Source: a virus
Lineage: Duplodnaviria; Caudoviricetes
Direction: 5' to 3' (one strand)
DNA length: 64,000 nt
IMG/VR virus record: IMGVR_UViG_3300002835_000122
Location: 1 to 64,000 of that record
Below the pieces are notes generated by a model. That model made no database searches. It was given only the letters and a program-made list of their open reading frames with translations, and was not told the origin of the DNA. Position numbers and translations under genes: made by a program. Shown piece after piece: positions 40,101 to 49,838 of the stretch. Position 1 is the stretch's first letter. Every line of letters starts with the position of its first letter.

Positions 40101-41897
40101 AATTCTTTGCGCAAAGTCTCTGTTTAACATTTTTGAAAATTGTTGAGGTTCCGTAAAGTGTTCTATGTCTTGTTGTGCTAGCTGCTTGATTCCTTCCAAA
40201 ACCTTGCTGTCATCCGTCAATCGACCAGTTTCCAATATACCCCTAAACTCGTTAAGCACATTATCTCGATAGGCTTGAGCCAGTTTCATATCTTCTGTGT
40301 TTCCAAATATTGCATCATGGAAAGCGGCGAGCATTGGGTCCATGTATACTCTAGAGGTGGATTCAGCTAATCCGCTTAGATTTAAGACAGGAGTACCAGC
40401 TGCTATTCCTGTGTCTTTCTTTAGTCCACTAATTGATGTTATGATTGCATATTTATCAAATCTTTTTGAAAAATTCTGAAATTGAGCCGCTGACTTTCCG
40501 GAATAGTTTGTTCCCCCAATTTCCACAGAACTTCTAACCGTAACCTGAGATAAACCTATAGCCTCTCCGTCTTTTCCTATCTTTAGCTCAGACAACTGCC
40601 TTCTTAATTCAACTTTACGAATCATTGACGCTTCATCTCTACTATTATCTAGGCTCTCCAATTCTTTTTTTATGGCTAGCCTAAGATTCGCTCCATGCCT
40701 TATGTTTATTAGAGATGAACCATCTCGACCTTTTTCTAATTCATCCAGTAGGCTCTTAATGACTTCTTGTGTATTACCATCATATTTTTCTGAATTCTTT
40801 AAGAACTCTTTCATTTTACTAGTGCCGAATACTCCCTCGGCTGCGTCTAAGTTTCCATCTCTAATAGTCTCCGTCACAAGATCTCTTAATGAATTATTTA
40901 TTTTATTAAAATCTAAACCTGACATACTTTTTTTACGTGATTCAATTATTTCCTTTAATACTTCATCAACATAACTTTTTGCTTCTTCAACTGCTGTTCC
41001 GCCACCCTTATACTGAAAAGATTCTTTCATAAATGCTCTTACGTCAAATTGTTTTGTTCCATCGGCAAAGTTCTTAGCGGTGTCCTGATCAAAACCTAAG
41101 GCTATTGTCTCAAAAACACTGTCCATAGCAAGAGTTGCTTGTGAGAATTCTTTGGCTATATCTGCAGACGCAGTAGACATAGGCTTACCCAGGAAAGACT
41201 TCATAAGGTCTCCGGCTATGGAAATATCTCTTGTAGAAAGAATGCCCTTTAATCTTTTTGGAAGCTTTGCAAACAGTTTAGATAGCCCTGCATTTCCGCC
41301 TCTCAATGCCTCTTCTAGTTCGTCTGGAGTGAATAGAGGTCTTCCGCCTTTGGACATTGCTTCTAGGGTTTCCTCCATTGATAATATTCGATCACCCTGG
41401 CGAAGACTAAGTGCCATTCCACCCTCATCAGTAGGAAATATTAATCCAGCGTTTTGATTTTTCATGTCCTGAAGGAATTTTCCAATACTTGTAGAGCCAG
41501 CTTCTGCTTTATGAATTTTGATTTGAGCACCGTATTGCTGATCTCCAGTCAACTTTAGTGCTTCATTAATATCCATGAGCACCTGCCCGTAACCCCTGTA
41601 CGTGGAAGGGCCAAGAGTTCCTGGCTCAATGTTTACCATTTCGGTCAATCCAAAGCTAGATACATACTCCGCAACCTTTTCTATTGAATCGGATATGAAC
41701 TGTGCTGATTGGCCTGCCTTTAGCCTTAGGGGGTCAAAGTAGGTTGATTTAAATTTTAACTTTCCGTCAACATTAACAACTTCTATCAATCCCTTTTGGC
41801 CAAGATAGCTTTTACTTAAAGCCTGTTTGGCTAAAAGTAATTGTCTCTCCATTGGCATGGGAGATAGGTACGACTGAATATAATCAGATACAGACAT
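37116..41897 (-). CDS. Putative virion-associated single-subunit two-barrel RNA polymerase-like protein (1593 aa)
   Basis: Ordered motifs RDGSSLIN, SQVTVR..SGKS, IITSISGLKK, ILFH...LGGFDLDDK, RQPT..GEV, LGQYINR, ETVIDM; TAATG-coupled to the tape-measure gene. Confidence 0.6.
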   Translation of the reverse strand: MSVSDYIQSYLSPMPMERQLLLAKQALSKSYLGQKGLIEVVNVDGKLKFKSTYFDPLRLKAGQSAQFISDSIEKVAEYVSSFGLTEMVNIEPGTLGPSTYRGYGQVLMDINEALKLTGDQQYGAQIKIHKAEAGSTSIGKFLQDMKNQNAGLIFPTDEGGMALSLRQGDRILSMEETLEAMSKGGRPLFTPDELEEALRGGNAGLSKLFAKLPKRLKGILSTRDISIAGDLMKSFLGKPMSTASADIAKEFSQATLAMDSVFETIALGFDQDTAKNFADGTKQFDVRAFMKESFQYKGGGTAVEEAKSYVDEVLKEIIESRKKSMSGLDFNKINNSLRDLVTETIRDGNLDAAEGVFGTSKMKEFLKNSEKYDGNTQEVIKSLLDELEKGRDGSSLINIRHGANLRLAIKKELESLDNSRDEASMIRKVELRRQLSELKIGKDGEAIGLSQVTVRSSVEIGGTNYSGKSAAQFQNFSKRFDKYAIITSISGLKKDTGIAAGTPVLNLSGLAESTSRVYMDPMLAAFHDAIFGNTEDMKLAQAYRDNVLNEFRGILETGRLTDDSKVLEGIKQLAQQDIEHFTEPQQFSKMLNRDFAQRILDLHRSGISINDSPEYLNLLKKYYEAELYKTKNGQRLPVVGDVYRFALNSEANAMTGTTGRKTLSGKSIDIDRTRILSGKPMMGVKIGEAGDEISADIVKFRVSNHNILFHENDIRKFYHALGGFDLDDKGLPILGTYMSEGKRRLGAAMVRQPTSMGEVIGLTRFEDIESYREIFGGNRFFMKTLNEMAKEDEKYKLLSTSLQGINPLTHKMGMSDDFFNEKMMDRLEQLTIDVNDRLSGGIMRDFNRNFFQKLGVLKSGENRIENLSATKLIALGDQDPGLMSLGFQRLVAKVAEMPLEEEVLSGLEGIISGSQKSQLQQMTKELNRLRSGSSISQDQIKDLSKKFYDTVNALKISPEQLQSALGKTFISKSIDSAIENTNILGQYINRATVVGHGLRQMEDILGTIPGIQQDLISKKLMLAFTPAETVIDMTQTFTSGRMLLQETTKLANMDPNLGAKVLEELYGKETNLNDFGDKTIKQYGKMFGYLKQKHGAELILDEALLVSGKMNQNDLINFAEELSAGMFEADNTADLTDINEAVTSKQYEKIEEVLRARGIIAKGSLSKIIDVANTSNYYLEAMARLGRNAQITQEQELISRTSERSRIAAEKILDENQAGIKAVQSLADEIESGFAPEASRVALEIRKVELGTNLLENLQQVQKSMGISGYEMTSALQYGGLKRKIAPEFFTKLPDASTNIDNESLNLLSRYMKMSEQKATYEKSTKNLQLRQYIDDIFTQNRLSNAQKAGIMEDVLDLDFADGFFGTDNNSSVISSLIKGKVDQGPGSMDEQQIARALKNKTIFEVNAQLDKEAAAFLNGDLASSNILKSADDITETTPGVVADTLRDLSKVKKSTASESMYKRMNKQYLAEQFAKPGVRNAAIATGIAVAASFLYQNKKDHTQEAMSGPPLLPGGSAYESDYPKRLSEIPQARGQGFTAGMNYKVSLFGDRDQIQKFSAAASGLTNGNINSTMYNRIPDVARDPYQSMARSY

Positions 41898-44800
41898 TAT
41901 CTAACACCGGCATTAATATCAATTTGCTCCGATCCAAAAGGATTCATAACTGGAATAACAGACCCTGATACTCCCATGCCACTCATGAGTGATCTCAATC
42001 TTGATGCGGTGTCTGTTTGAGATCCAGATCCACCACCAAATCTAGGATAGCTAGGATTAGATAAACTAGCTTCTTGTAGCTGTTGAGGATAGTAACCCAT
42101 TTGCGACATTTCTAGACCCATACTTTGACCAATTTTTATTTTAACTTGATCCATACTAGTGTTTGGGTGCCAACCCTCCCAGCTTTCATCTGGTAGTTCA
42201 TGTCTAGCAAAGTAGTCACTTAACTCTGGCCTCTTCTCTACATCCATACCCCAGGCTGCTTCATATATTCTTCTTTCAAGCCTTCCTGCTGTATCTAATA
42301 TTCTTTTTCTTTCCTCTACAGGAGCATTAATCATAGCTTTAAAATGTTCTCTTTTTCTTTTGGGTATAGATAGAGAAAGCGATTCTATATCAGTTCCATA
42401 TTTACCTGAATTTATATCTTCTATTGGAGCGCCGTACATTGTTCTCTTAGCGGCTGATTCATACTGGAAGGCTGCTCCTTTATCTCCAGCCATGTTAGCC
42501 ATCTTAGCTAATCTAGTATTTTTAGTATAATTTAAGATGTCTGCGTATTCTTCGAGCGCAAGTTCTTTTTTTCTAGTTCTAGGCATAAACTGTTCTCCAG
42601 TGATGGCCTCATTCGCTGAATGAAATGATGAGACGGTAAGCCCTGTTATCGCTCCTAATGTGGACATCACCAATTTACCCTTAGAGGTTTCTCCAAAAAA
42701 TGAACCAGCTACTGCTAAGGTTGCCGTTGCAGCTATCGGGTTTCTATTTGCAGCCTTATTTATCATGGGTTCTATAAAGCTTTCGAATGGCCTTTGCCAT
42801 TCCGGGAAGGTTGCCCCGTATACGTTATTTCTTTCCCAATCCTCAGTCGCAGTTTGTTTGTTTATAAACTTCTTATTAATAAAAGTATCTCTATGGGCCA
42901 GCATTTCGCCCATCCTGCCAAGAGCGTGGAGATTTGGATTAATGCCCATTTGCTCTGGAGTACTATTCTTGTATTTATATTCAGTAAATTCTTTTTTCTG
43001 TTGTAATGACGCTGCTCGTTCTCTGAGCTCTTGAACCTTTAATCTATCTGCGGGGCCGTCCACCATCGAGTCTATGGTTTTATCTAGTGATCTGAATTGC
43101 TTGGAATACGGGGCAACATCGCCAAGTATCTTGTATTGATCCATAATTCCATAACGACCAGAGGCGTCAGAGCTAAGTCTATTTAATCTTTCGTAAGCTA
43201 CTCCAGGTAGTCTTAGTTCCCCTTCTGGGACTTTTGCAAACGGGTCACCTGTAGTGAAATCGGTAAAATATTCTGATCCAGGAAGAAATGGATATTGTCT
43301 TCCCATCGTATTTTTAATTGGGTTTATATAATCAACGCCAGATCTTTCTTTAGGTATAAATCTTCTTGTTATTTCAGAAAACTCTATAGAACCTATTTGA
43401 CCTCCACCTAACATGGGAACGTCTCCTAGGCCTCCTAGATTCAGATCCCAGAATTGTCTTCCAGTTCCATATGCCTTAGAAGCTGATTGTAGTACTGATC
43501 TTTGAGGTGTAAAATCTCTTTGGCCTAATCCAAAACTTTCTCGCATACTGCTTGCTGCGAAACCATAAATTCCTAACATTTCTTGAGCTCTGTACCCAAA
43601 TTCTTGTGCTTGGATTTGCGGATTGCCAACACTCAACGGACTGCCAGCGGGTACGATTCGTTGAGGCATGATTCCAGGTACTTTAGGTGGGCCATAAGCC
43701 ATCTGCATGTATTGATTATTTATTCCTGATATTGTATTTCTAGTTTCATTCCTTGCCGTGTTAAGAGATCCAGCCCTTCCGGCTAACATTGCGTTAGAAG
43801 ACGCCTGTGCGCCGTTTGGAGGGCCTCCAAAGCCACCCATGGCCATTCCACCAGCGACTCCGCCCATACCGCCGAAAACGCCACCTCTACCACTAATGTA
43901 TGGATCTGCATTGTATGCTCCAGATTGACCGGCTGGCACATAATTAGCTAAGCCGGCTGCTACTTCCTGCTGGTGCATCATTGTTTGAGGTTTTAATATT
44001 TTGCCGACAGTAGCATTTAAGGCTGGAACAAGCGGTCCGAATGGTCCACTGAAATATTCGCCCGATACAGGATATGGTCTATCTTCAAAATGCTTCCGCT
44101 CATAGCGATATGGATCAAATGGTCTAAGCGGAGAAATGTCAGTATGGAACAATGCTCTTTCTATTGGGCTCCCCATATTATCTGAGGTAAACATTGCTCC
44201 AGCTTCTAATTTTCTGTATATACTTGGGCGGTAATACATAATTTTTCCACCCATAAATGGAGTATTGCCTAACGGCCAAAACCGACCTTGTCTAATGGCG
44301 ACTTCGCCCTCAAATAATTGTTCTTTCTTTTCTTCAAAATTCATTCCACCGGGAGTAATCCCAGAACCAAGAGCTTGTAAATTTCCTACTGCTTTAGCAG
44401 CTCCGCCGATGAAGAATGGCGAGTAAACTCTTTCTCCTCTATCATCCTTTTCGTTTACCATGCCACCGATAGTTCTGTCAGCCGTCATTATCCCTAGGCC
44501 AGCGCCATATAGTGGCAGAACTCTTTTGGTCACCATTCCACTTGTAAATAAGCTTAAGGGAGAACCATATTGTGAAACATCAAGTTGTAGGCCAATGGTT
44601 CCAAAGTATTTATTTAACCTATCAATACTATGTGACACTGCTGTGGATGCACTGGAGTAGCTTTCTCGGCTACTGTAGGTGTTAATGCCTGTAACACTTT
44701 TCAGTGCGCCTAGTGGATTTCTAGCAAAAACGGTTCCAAAAGTTGGAACTAAAAGAGCATCAGAGCCTGGGCCCATAGATGAACCAAGAACGTCAGTAGC

Positions 44801-47800
44801 TGATTCCGATATTCGGTAAGGTGATGTGCTAAGTCTTGGGTATAATGCTTTTTTAATTAATCCAGACTTTCCCACTTCTCCTATTCTTTGTGAGGTTCCA
44901 GTAATGAAAGGATCTAGTAAACCTCCAGCACCTTTGTCTCCAGCTTCTCTGAGAACATCTGTGGCGTTTCTTAATGCACCTCTTTGTACTGCTAATTCAC
45001 TCAGCCCAGCTTTATTAGCTCTCATGGAACTTAAGTTGAATAATGTTGAGAGTCCGGCAGCTTGTGCTTCTGCTAGTTGACCAGGTGGCAGCTGTTTAGC
45101 CATTGAGGTAATAATTTCATTCATCTGAATAAAAGTATTAGAAAAATTTCGCCCTGCTGCACCGGCTGAGCTCGATGCCAATAGCTCATTTCTTTGAACT
45201 AGATATTTATATATCTCGTCTTTAAGTGCATCTTCCCTTGTTAATATTGATGGGCTTGTCGATCTGATATGAGATCCCGAAAGTAAGTCATCTTTTTCTA
45301 AAAGCCTTCTAACTCTTTCGCCCATTTGATATAGGGTCTGAGTTTCGTAACCCATCTTTCCTATTGTTGAAGCGTCGTGCTTTGCTGCCTGAAGCACATC
45401 GTGAGCAAACTTCTGAGTATCTTGAATATTATTAAGTGAAGAAACTCTTCTACCATTGAACAATCCTATGCCGGCATCCTCGAGGCGCGTCATTATTTTT
45501 CTAGGCATTGCGCTCTTAAAAGATTGTTCTCTGAAGTTTTCAAATGCCCTTAGCATTTGTCCTTCGGTGATCATTTCCTGCTTAGTTCCTGGAGACACAG
45601 CTGTAGCTGCGCCAGTATCATCTGCAAAGTTTAATTTGAACTGCTTGCCTTTAACTTCCACTGTTTCGTTTTTAAGAAGGCGCGCAAAAAAAGCTGGGTT
45701 TTCTGGATCAGTTTTTCTTTTTGCAAATCTCGACAGCATCCGGCCTATTGAATTGGGTTGCTCATAATCAATGTCAAATCTCTGCCTGAGAGCCAGTTCT
45801 CTTTCTGGGCTAACTCCAAGCCTCTTTAGTAGATTTGATCTATTTTTTCCATCAGCAAATTCTATTTCGTTAAGCGACTTAGCCTTACGCTCTGAGGCTG
45901 CATTTCTAGCAGACCTCGAAAGCATTTCGTTACTTCTTCTTGAAAGTGGCCTGTAGAAACCTTGTAGCTCCTTTGCTTCGAATTCATCCGTAAGCGATCC
46001 CTGCTTAAAGGCCATTACATTGCTTTTACTTTTACCTCCACCATATGATAAAAAGAAGTCTGCGCCTTCTTCTCCCTTGGGAAGGAAGGGTTGAGATATC
46101 TTGCCCTGTTGTATTTGAAAAAATGTGCGTCCTGACATTTCATCAAACGAACCCTTTCCAAACATTCGTGCTGGATTAAAGTTAACTATAGGAATCTTTA
46201 AATCATTGGCTAAAAAGTTGCCAACGTTTGATACAGATTCTTTTAATCCAGAAAAATCTAATACATTTCCAGATCGAGTAGTATATATTCCTTTCATTAC
46301 GGAAACGCTAGATGATGTAGTCGTCGGATCCGCTAAGGCCATCCTCTTGGAAATTTCACCAAGTGCGACTTGTTCTTCTGCCCTGAGACCTGTAAATAGA
46401 CCTTTGCTAACTCCCTCGTCTAGAGTCATAGCTTTCAGGCCAAATACATTAAAACCGCTACTAAATATACCTGTACTTATTTGTTTTTCTCTGACCAAAA
46501 AACTTCTTAGGCCATCCAAATTGTCGGTATCTAAACCTCTTTTTCCTAACCTTTCAGCCAGTATTGCGTTAGATACCTCTCTGCCATTTGCATCCTTTAA
46601 ATTAATACCTAATCTTTGTGCTGATCTTTTAATTAGAAAATCTTTTTGGGAAACTGATAGATTATTTAAGTCCGCAAAGTCTTCGAAGTTGGCTTTTTTA
46701 GTTTTTAGAACTTTTGCTGCTGCTCGAGGAATTCCATTTTCTAGTAAAGAGTTCCATCCCTTTTGTGCCTTTGACATTATTGCGGCTTGAAATTCTTTTC
46801 CTTCAAATATTCTATTAGTATTTTCTATAGATGTTTTCAGGGCGTCTGTACTAAGAAAGCCTCCCTCAATCGGATCATCTACTGTTGTTGAAAATCTTTT
46901 TAATATTTCATTAAAAGCGTCATCGCCTTCTTTGATGATTTTAGTTTTGCCAATAGTTACTTTTCTGCTAGTTTCCGTAGCTGAACTACTAACGCTTATG
47001 TCATCTATAAATTTTTCTAAAGTTTCAGAAAATTTCTGTCGATTAGAATTAGGTGCTAAGTCTAATATTTGCCTTTGAAGTAGCCTCTTATATTCTAACT
47101 GCTCTATTGACCTATGGAACTCCGAACCACTGAACGACTTACTGCCGACTCCCCCGTCTCCTAGAGTAGCTATTCTATTAGCTAGTTTAGACGTTCCGCT
47201 GGAAAAGTTTGCCTGCACCGTCTTTATAATGCCCGTTAGATCATCAGATGTCATGCCATCTTTACGTAGTGCCCCGCCCTTACGTAGTGCTTCATCAAAG
47301 CTTAACGCTTTATTTACTACGTCATATCCAATTCCAGTTTCTCTGAATTTATTTACACCCTGATTGACTGCTCCGCCAATCCCTCTTAGTCCGGGTATTA
47401 AATCTACATAACCAAAATTGCCATCTGCTCCATCGCCAAATGCTAATCTTCGACCAAATATGGCAGCCCTTTTTAGGGTATTATCATCAGCAGAGTTTGC
47501 TAAGGCCTCTCTAGCTTTAGAGTTTCTTACGCTATGCAGGATTTGATTTATATTGGGTCGTTCTTGATAATACTTAGCAGTTGCTGCTCTAATGCCTGCT
47601 GAAGTTTGAGAAGAAACTTTTAAAGCCTGGTTTGTTATTTTGCCTAAATCATGACCAACCTCTCCAAGAATATCATCTAAGTCAGTAAATCTCTGAGCTG
47701 CTTTTGTCTTAAAGGAACTAACCCCAGACGACCTTGCGACATCTCCCATCGATTGTCTAAAGTTATGAAGAGATGATCTTGCGTTACCTGCTGCTGCACC

Positions 47801-48535
47801 GGCTGCCTCAAACGGCAGTATCATTGTAGCTAAGGCTATTGATGATTCTTTAACAAAATCTGTAACAACATCTACTGGATTATACCAATTGACTTTAGGC
47901 TTATCTTCTCTTCCCCCAAAGATCGGGTCCACTAAGGCTTTTTGTCCAACATATAGTGCTGGCAATTCATATGGCATGCGCCTTGCAGAGGCGACCATTC
48001 TGGTTTGTATAGAGTCCCTAAGGGACCAAATTGCTGCTGGCTCACCTTCAATGCCCTTGCCGGCCTGATTGAGTTCTGCGGTAGTAAAATAATTTCCTTG
48101 GTCAGTTAACTTTGTTTGACCTGCAGTTAGCCTGCCGTTGCTTTCAAAAACTAGTTTACTGTATGGGTCTAGCTGATCTGGATCCGCTCCGTCTATAGCT
48201 CTATTGACGCCACCTAGTTGGTCCAACTCTTTTCTGAGTCCAGTAAGGCTTTTTACCGTCCTTGAGGAAAAGCCTTCTGGATTGATAGATGCATGATCCT
48301 GAAGCGTTTTAGCTAGCTTCAAGCCACCTTCTTTGGTGACCTTGCTAAGGACGAACATTGCTCCCAGAGTTGCTGCGCTTGTTGCAAAGAACCTTAGTAC
48401 TGGATGGCCATTTAAGGCCTTGCTTACAAAGCCAGAGTTAGGAGCATCACCTCGCTCCTCATCATTCATTGTTGGTAGGTCTCTAGACGTTACATTGTAA
48501 CCTAAGTTTTGTATGGGTCCTGGATCTCTTACCAC
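41897..48535 (-). CDS. Tape-measure-like protein (2212 aa)
   Basis: Directly follows the tail chaperones; long, Ala/Gly-rich, helical, with hydrophobic segments (FFATSAATLGAMFVL; IAATATLAVAGSFFG); GTG start. Confidence 0.7.
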   Translation of the reverse strand: MVRDPGPIQNLGYNVTSRDLPTMNDEERGDAPNSGFVSKALNGHPVLRFFATSAATLGAMFVLSKVTKEGGLKLAKTLQDHASINPEGFSSRTVKSLTGLRKELDQLGGVNRAIDGADPDQLDPYSKLVFESNGRLTAGQTKLTDQGNYFTTAELNQAGKGIEGEPAAIWSLRDSIQTRMVASARRMPYELPALYVGQKALVDPIFGGREDKPKVNWYNPVDVVTDFVKESSIALATMILPFEAAGAAAGNARSSLHNFRQSMGDVARSSGVSSFKTKAAQRFTDLDDILGEVGHDLGKITNQALKVSSQTSAGIRAATAKYYQERPNINQILHSVRNSKAREALANSADDNTLKRAAIFGRRLAFGDGADGNFGYVDLIPGLRGIGGAVNQGVNKFRETGIGYDVVNKALSFDEALRKGGALRKDGMTSDDLTGIIKTVQANFSSGTSKLANRIATLGDGGVGSKSFSGSEFHRSIEQLEYKRLLQRQILDLAPNSNRQKFSETLEKFIDDISVSSSATETSRKVTIGKTKIIKEGDDAFNEILKRFSTTVDDPIEGGFLSTDALKTSIENTNRIFEGKEFQAAIMSKAQKGWNSLLENGIPRAAAKVLKTKKANFEDFADLNNLSVSQKDFLIKRSAQRLGINLKDANGREVSNAILAERLGKRGLDTDNLDGLRSFLVREKQISTGIFSSGFNVFGLKAMTLDEGVSKGLFTGLRAEEQVALGEISKRMALADPTTTSSSVSVMKGIYTTRSGNVLDFSGLKESVSNVGNFLANDLKIPIVNFNPARMFGKGSFDEMSGRTFFQIQQGKISQPFLPKGEEGADFFLSYGGGKSKSNVMAFKQGSLTDEFEAKELQGFYRPLSRRSNEMLSRSARNAASERKAKSLNEIEFADGKNRSNLLKRLGVSPERELALRQRFDIDYEQPNSIGRMLSRFAKRKTDPENPAFFARLLKNETVEVKGKQFKLNFADDTGAATAVSPGTKQEMITEGQMLRAFENFREQSFKSAMPRKIMTRLEDAGIGLFNGRRVSSLNNIQDTQKFAHDVLQAAKHDASTIGKMGYETQTLYQMGERVRRLLEKDDLLSGSHIRSTSPSILTREDALKDEIYKYLVQRNELLASSSAGAAGRNFSNTFIQMNEIITSMAKQLPPGQLAEAQAAGLSTLFNLSSMRANKAGLSELAVQRGALRNATDVLREAGDKGAGGLLDPFITGTSQRIGEVGKSGLIKKALYPRLSTSPYRISESATDVLGSSMGPGSDALLVPTFGTVFARNPLGALKSVTGINTYSSRESYSSASTAVSHSIDRLNKYFGTIGLQLDVSQYGSPLSLFTSGMVTKRVLPLYGAGLGIMTADRTIGGMVNEKDDRGERVYSPFFIGGAAKAVGNLQALGSGITPGGMNFEEKKEQLFEGEVAIRQGRFWPLGNTPFMGGKIMYYRPSIYRKLEAGAMFTSDNMGSPIERALFHTDISPLRPFDPYRYERKHFEDRPYPVSGEYFSGPFGPLVPALNATVGKILKPQTMMHQQEVAAGLANYVPAGQSGAYNADPYISGRGGVFGGMGGVAGGMAMGGFGGPPNGAQASSNAMLAGRAGSLNTARNETRNTISGINNQYMQMAYGPPKVPGIMPQRIVPAGSPLSVGNPQIQAQEFGYRAQEMLGIYGFAASSMRESFGLGQRDFTPQRSVLQSASKAYGTGRQFWDLNLGGLGDVPMLGGGQIGSIEFSEITRRFIPKERSGVDYINPIKNTMGRQYPFLPGSEYFTDFTTGDPFAKVPEGELRLPGVAYERLNRLSSDASGRYGIMDQYKILGDVAPYSKQFRSLDKTIDSMVDGPADRLKVQELRERAASLQQKKEFTEYKYKNSTPEQMGINPNLHALGRMGEMLAHRDTFINKKFINKQTATEDWERNNVYGATFPEWQRPFESFIEPMINKAANRNPIAATATLAVAGSFFGETSKGKLVMSTLGAITGLTVSSFHSANEAITGEQFMPRTRKKELALEEYADILNYTKNTRLAKMANMAGDKGAAFQYESAAKRTMYGAPIEDINSGKYGTDIESLSLSIPKRKREHFKAMINAPVEERKRILDTAGRLERRIYEAAWGMDVEKRPELSDYFARHELPDESWEGWHPNTSMDQVKIKIGQSMGLEMSQMGYYPQQLQEASLSNPSYPRFGGGSGSQTDTASRLRSLMSGMGVSGSVIPVMNPFGSEQIDINAGVR

Positions 48536-48549
48536 GTTTTTTCCTTAGC

Positions 48550-49179
48550 TCAGCCTGAACCCCACAGCTTTTGAGCAATGGGGTCTTGATAAGCTGCTTC
48601 TCCTTCTTTCTTAGAAAGATTATGACGAGCAGCTGAAACTTTTTGTTTTTCTACTTCTTCTTGTGGGTCAATCAATTGCAAAGTCAAATTGGTTGGCTCC
48701 ATGCCATTCATGTTCTGTTTAATTTCAATTATTTTTTCTGAAAGAGCTACATTTTCAGCTAATTCAGAGAATGTCATATTCTCTAAATCATCTGGAGTAT
48801 ATGTAGATATAGTAGCGAGAACAAAGGCTTTCATTAAATTCTTAACTTCTGTAGCTTGATATCTTTTTTCTTCAAGAACGCTTTTAGCTAAGGATACGGT
48901 AAAGAAACCTGATATATCTAATATCTCTTGAGACAATGAAGAAACTGCCCCAGGAGGTATTGACATTAGGTCAAAATCTTCTGGATGGATAATAGCGTAT
49001 GACAAGATTAAGTCTTCCATATCTGCGGAAGAAAAACCATCCAAACCTTGTAGGTATAATATTTTATTATATTCTTTAAAGGTTAGTTCTCTAAAAACTA
49101 AAGATTGACCTTTAACGTCAACGCTGTAGATATTTCCATATTTACTTTTTAAAGCAAATACTAACTCTGGATCTATCAT
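48550..49179 (-). CDS. Tail assembly chaperone paralogue 2 (209 aa)
   Basis: LKSKYGNIY...LVFRELTFKEY...GAVSSLSQEILDISGF; between tube genes and the tape measure. Confidence 0.7.
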   Translation of the reverse strand: MIDPELVFALKSKYGNIYSVDVKGQSLVFRELTFKEYNKILYLQGLDGFSSADMEDLILSYAIIHPEDFDLMSIPPGAVSSLSQEILDISGFFTVSLAKSVLEEKRYQATEVKNLMKAFVLATISTYTPDDLENMTFSELAENVALSEKIIEIKQNMNGMEPTNLTLQLIDPQEEVEKQKVSAARHNLSKKEGEAAYQDPIAQKLWGSG

Positions 49180-49182
49180 ATG

Positions 49183-49737
49183 TTACAGCTGTCTTACCTC
49201 TAGCGCCACGAAGCCCGAAGCCTCTAGTACCTCTTGAGCAATCAGGGATGGAAGGCCAGCCATAAATCCAACAGCGTTGTTCTTATCAAACTTTGGATAA
49301 AGCATACACAGTTCAGATATGGTCTCTTCATTCCAGAGATTAGCTTCTGCTGTGGTTAATTGTCCTGCCTGAACTAACTGTTCCATTTTCTTAACTATCT
49401 GCTTATATTCAGCGCGATTCAAAACTCTCCACACGATATGCTTATCGTAGGTAATGGAAGTGACGTAGATATCGCCGTACTGCTTTTTCCAGTCTTTGAC
49501 TGTGCCAGCTAATGGCCCACCATTCCAGATTGCTTCTTCGTCCGGAACATCTTCTATATCTTGATAGTCAACATTTACTTCTGGATCTTCTGTGTCTTCT
49601 AAGTTAGGAGAATATCCCGATAAAAGGTCACTTGCCTTTGGGTCATCCGATAACTCTAAGTCTACAGTAGTAGTTTCAAAGTCTTCTCCAGATTCAATAT
49701 CTAAATTTTTAATAACAACTTTTCTCTTGGAATCCAT
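49183..49737 (-). CDS. Tail assembly chaperone paralogue 1 (184 aa)
   Basis: Acidic N-terminus, then WKKQYGDIY...IVWRVLNRAEYK...GLPSLIAQEVLEASGF; clearly homologous to the next ORF. Confidence 0.75.
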   Translation of the reverse strand: MDSKRKVVIKNLDIESGEDFETTTVDLELSDDPKASDLLSGYSPNLEDTEDPEVNVDYQDIEDVPDEEAIWNGGPLAGTVKDWKKQYGDIYVTSITYDKHIVWRVLNRAEYKQIVKKMEQLVQAGQLTTAEANLWNEETISELCMLYPKFDKNNAVGFMAGLPSLIAQEVLEASGFVALEVRQL

Positions 49738-49765
49738 AATTACTCTCTTTCATTTCAATTAATTC

Positions 49766-49794
49766 ATTATATCATATAATACTTATTTAAGCAA
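49766..49794 (-). promoter_or_regulatory. Housekeeping sigma70/SigA-type promoter TTGCTT-N17-TATAAT with TG extension
   Basis: Minus strand reads TTGCTT (49794-49789), 17 nt, TATAAT (49771-49766) preceded by TG; intergenic, 29 nt before the ATG at 49737. Confidence 0.7.
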
Positions 49795-49838
49795 GCACTT
49801 TTAGCGCTTAAAAACTGAGTCGCATTCCTTATTGACTC

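Noticed and set aside
40480-40520. GGTNYSGKS read as a Walker A P-loop
   Set aside because: It fits GxxxxGKS, but no hydrophobic Walker B context is evident and the flanking motifs fit the two-barrel polymerase lysine motif better; not fully excluded without a structure prediction.
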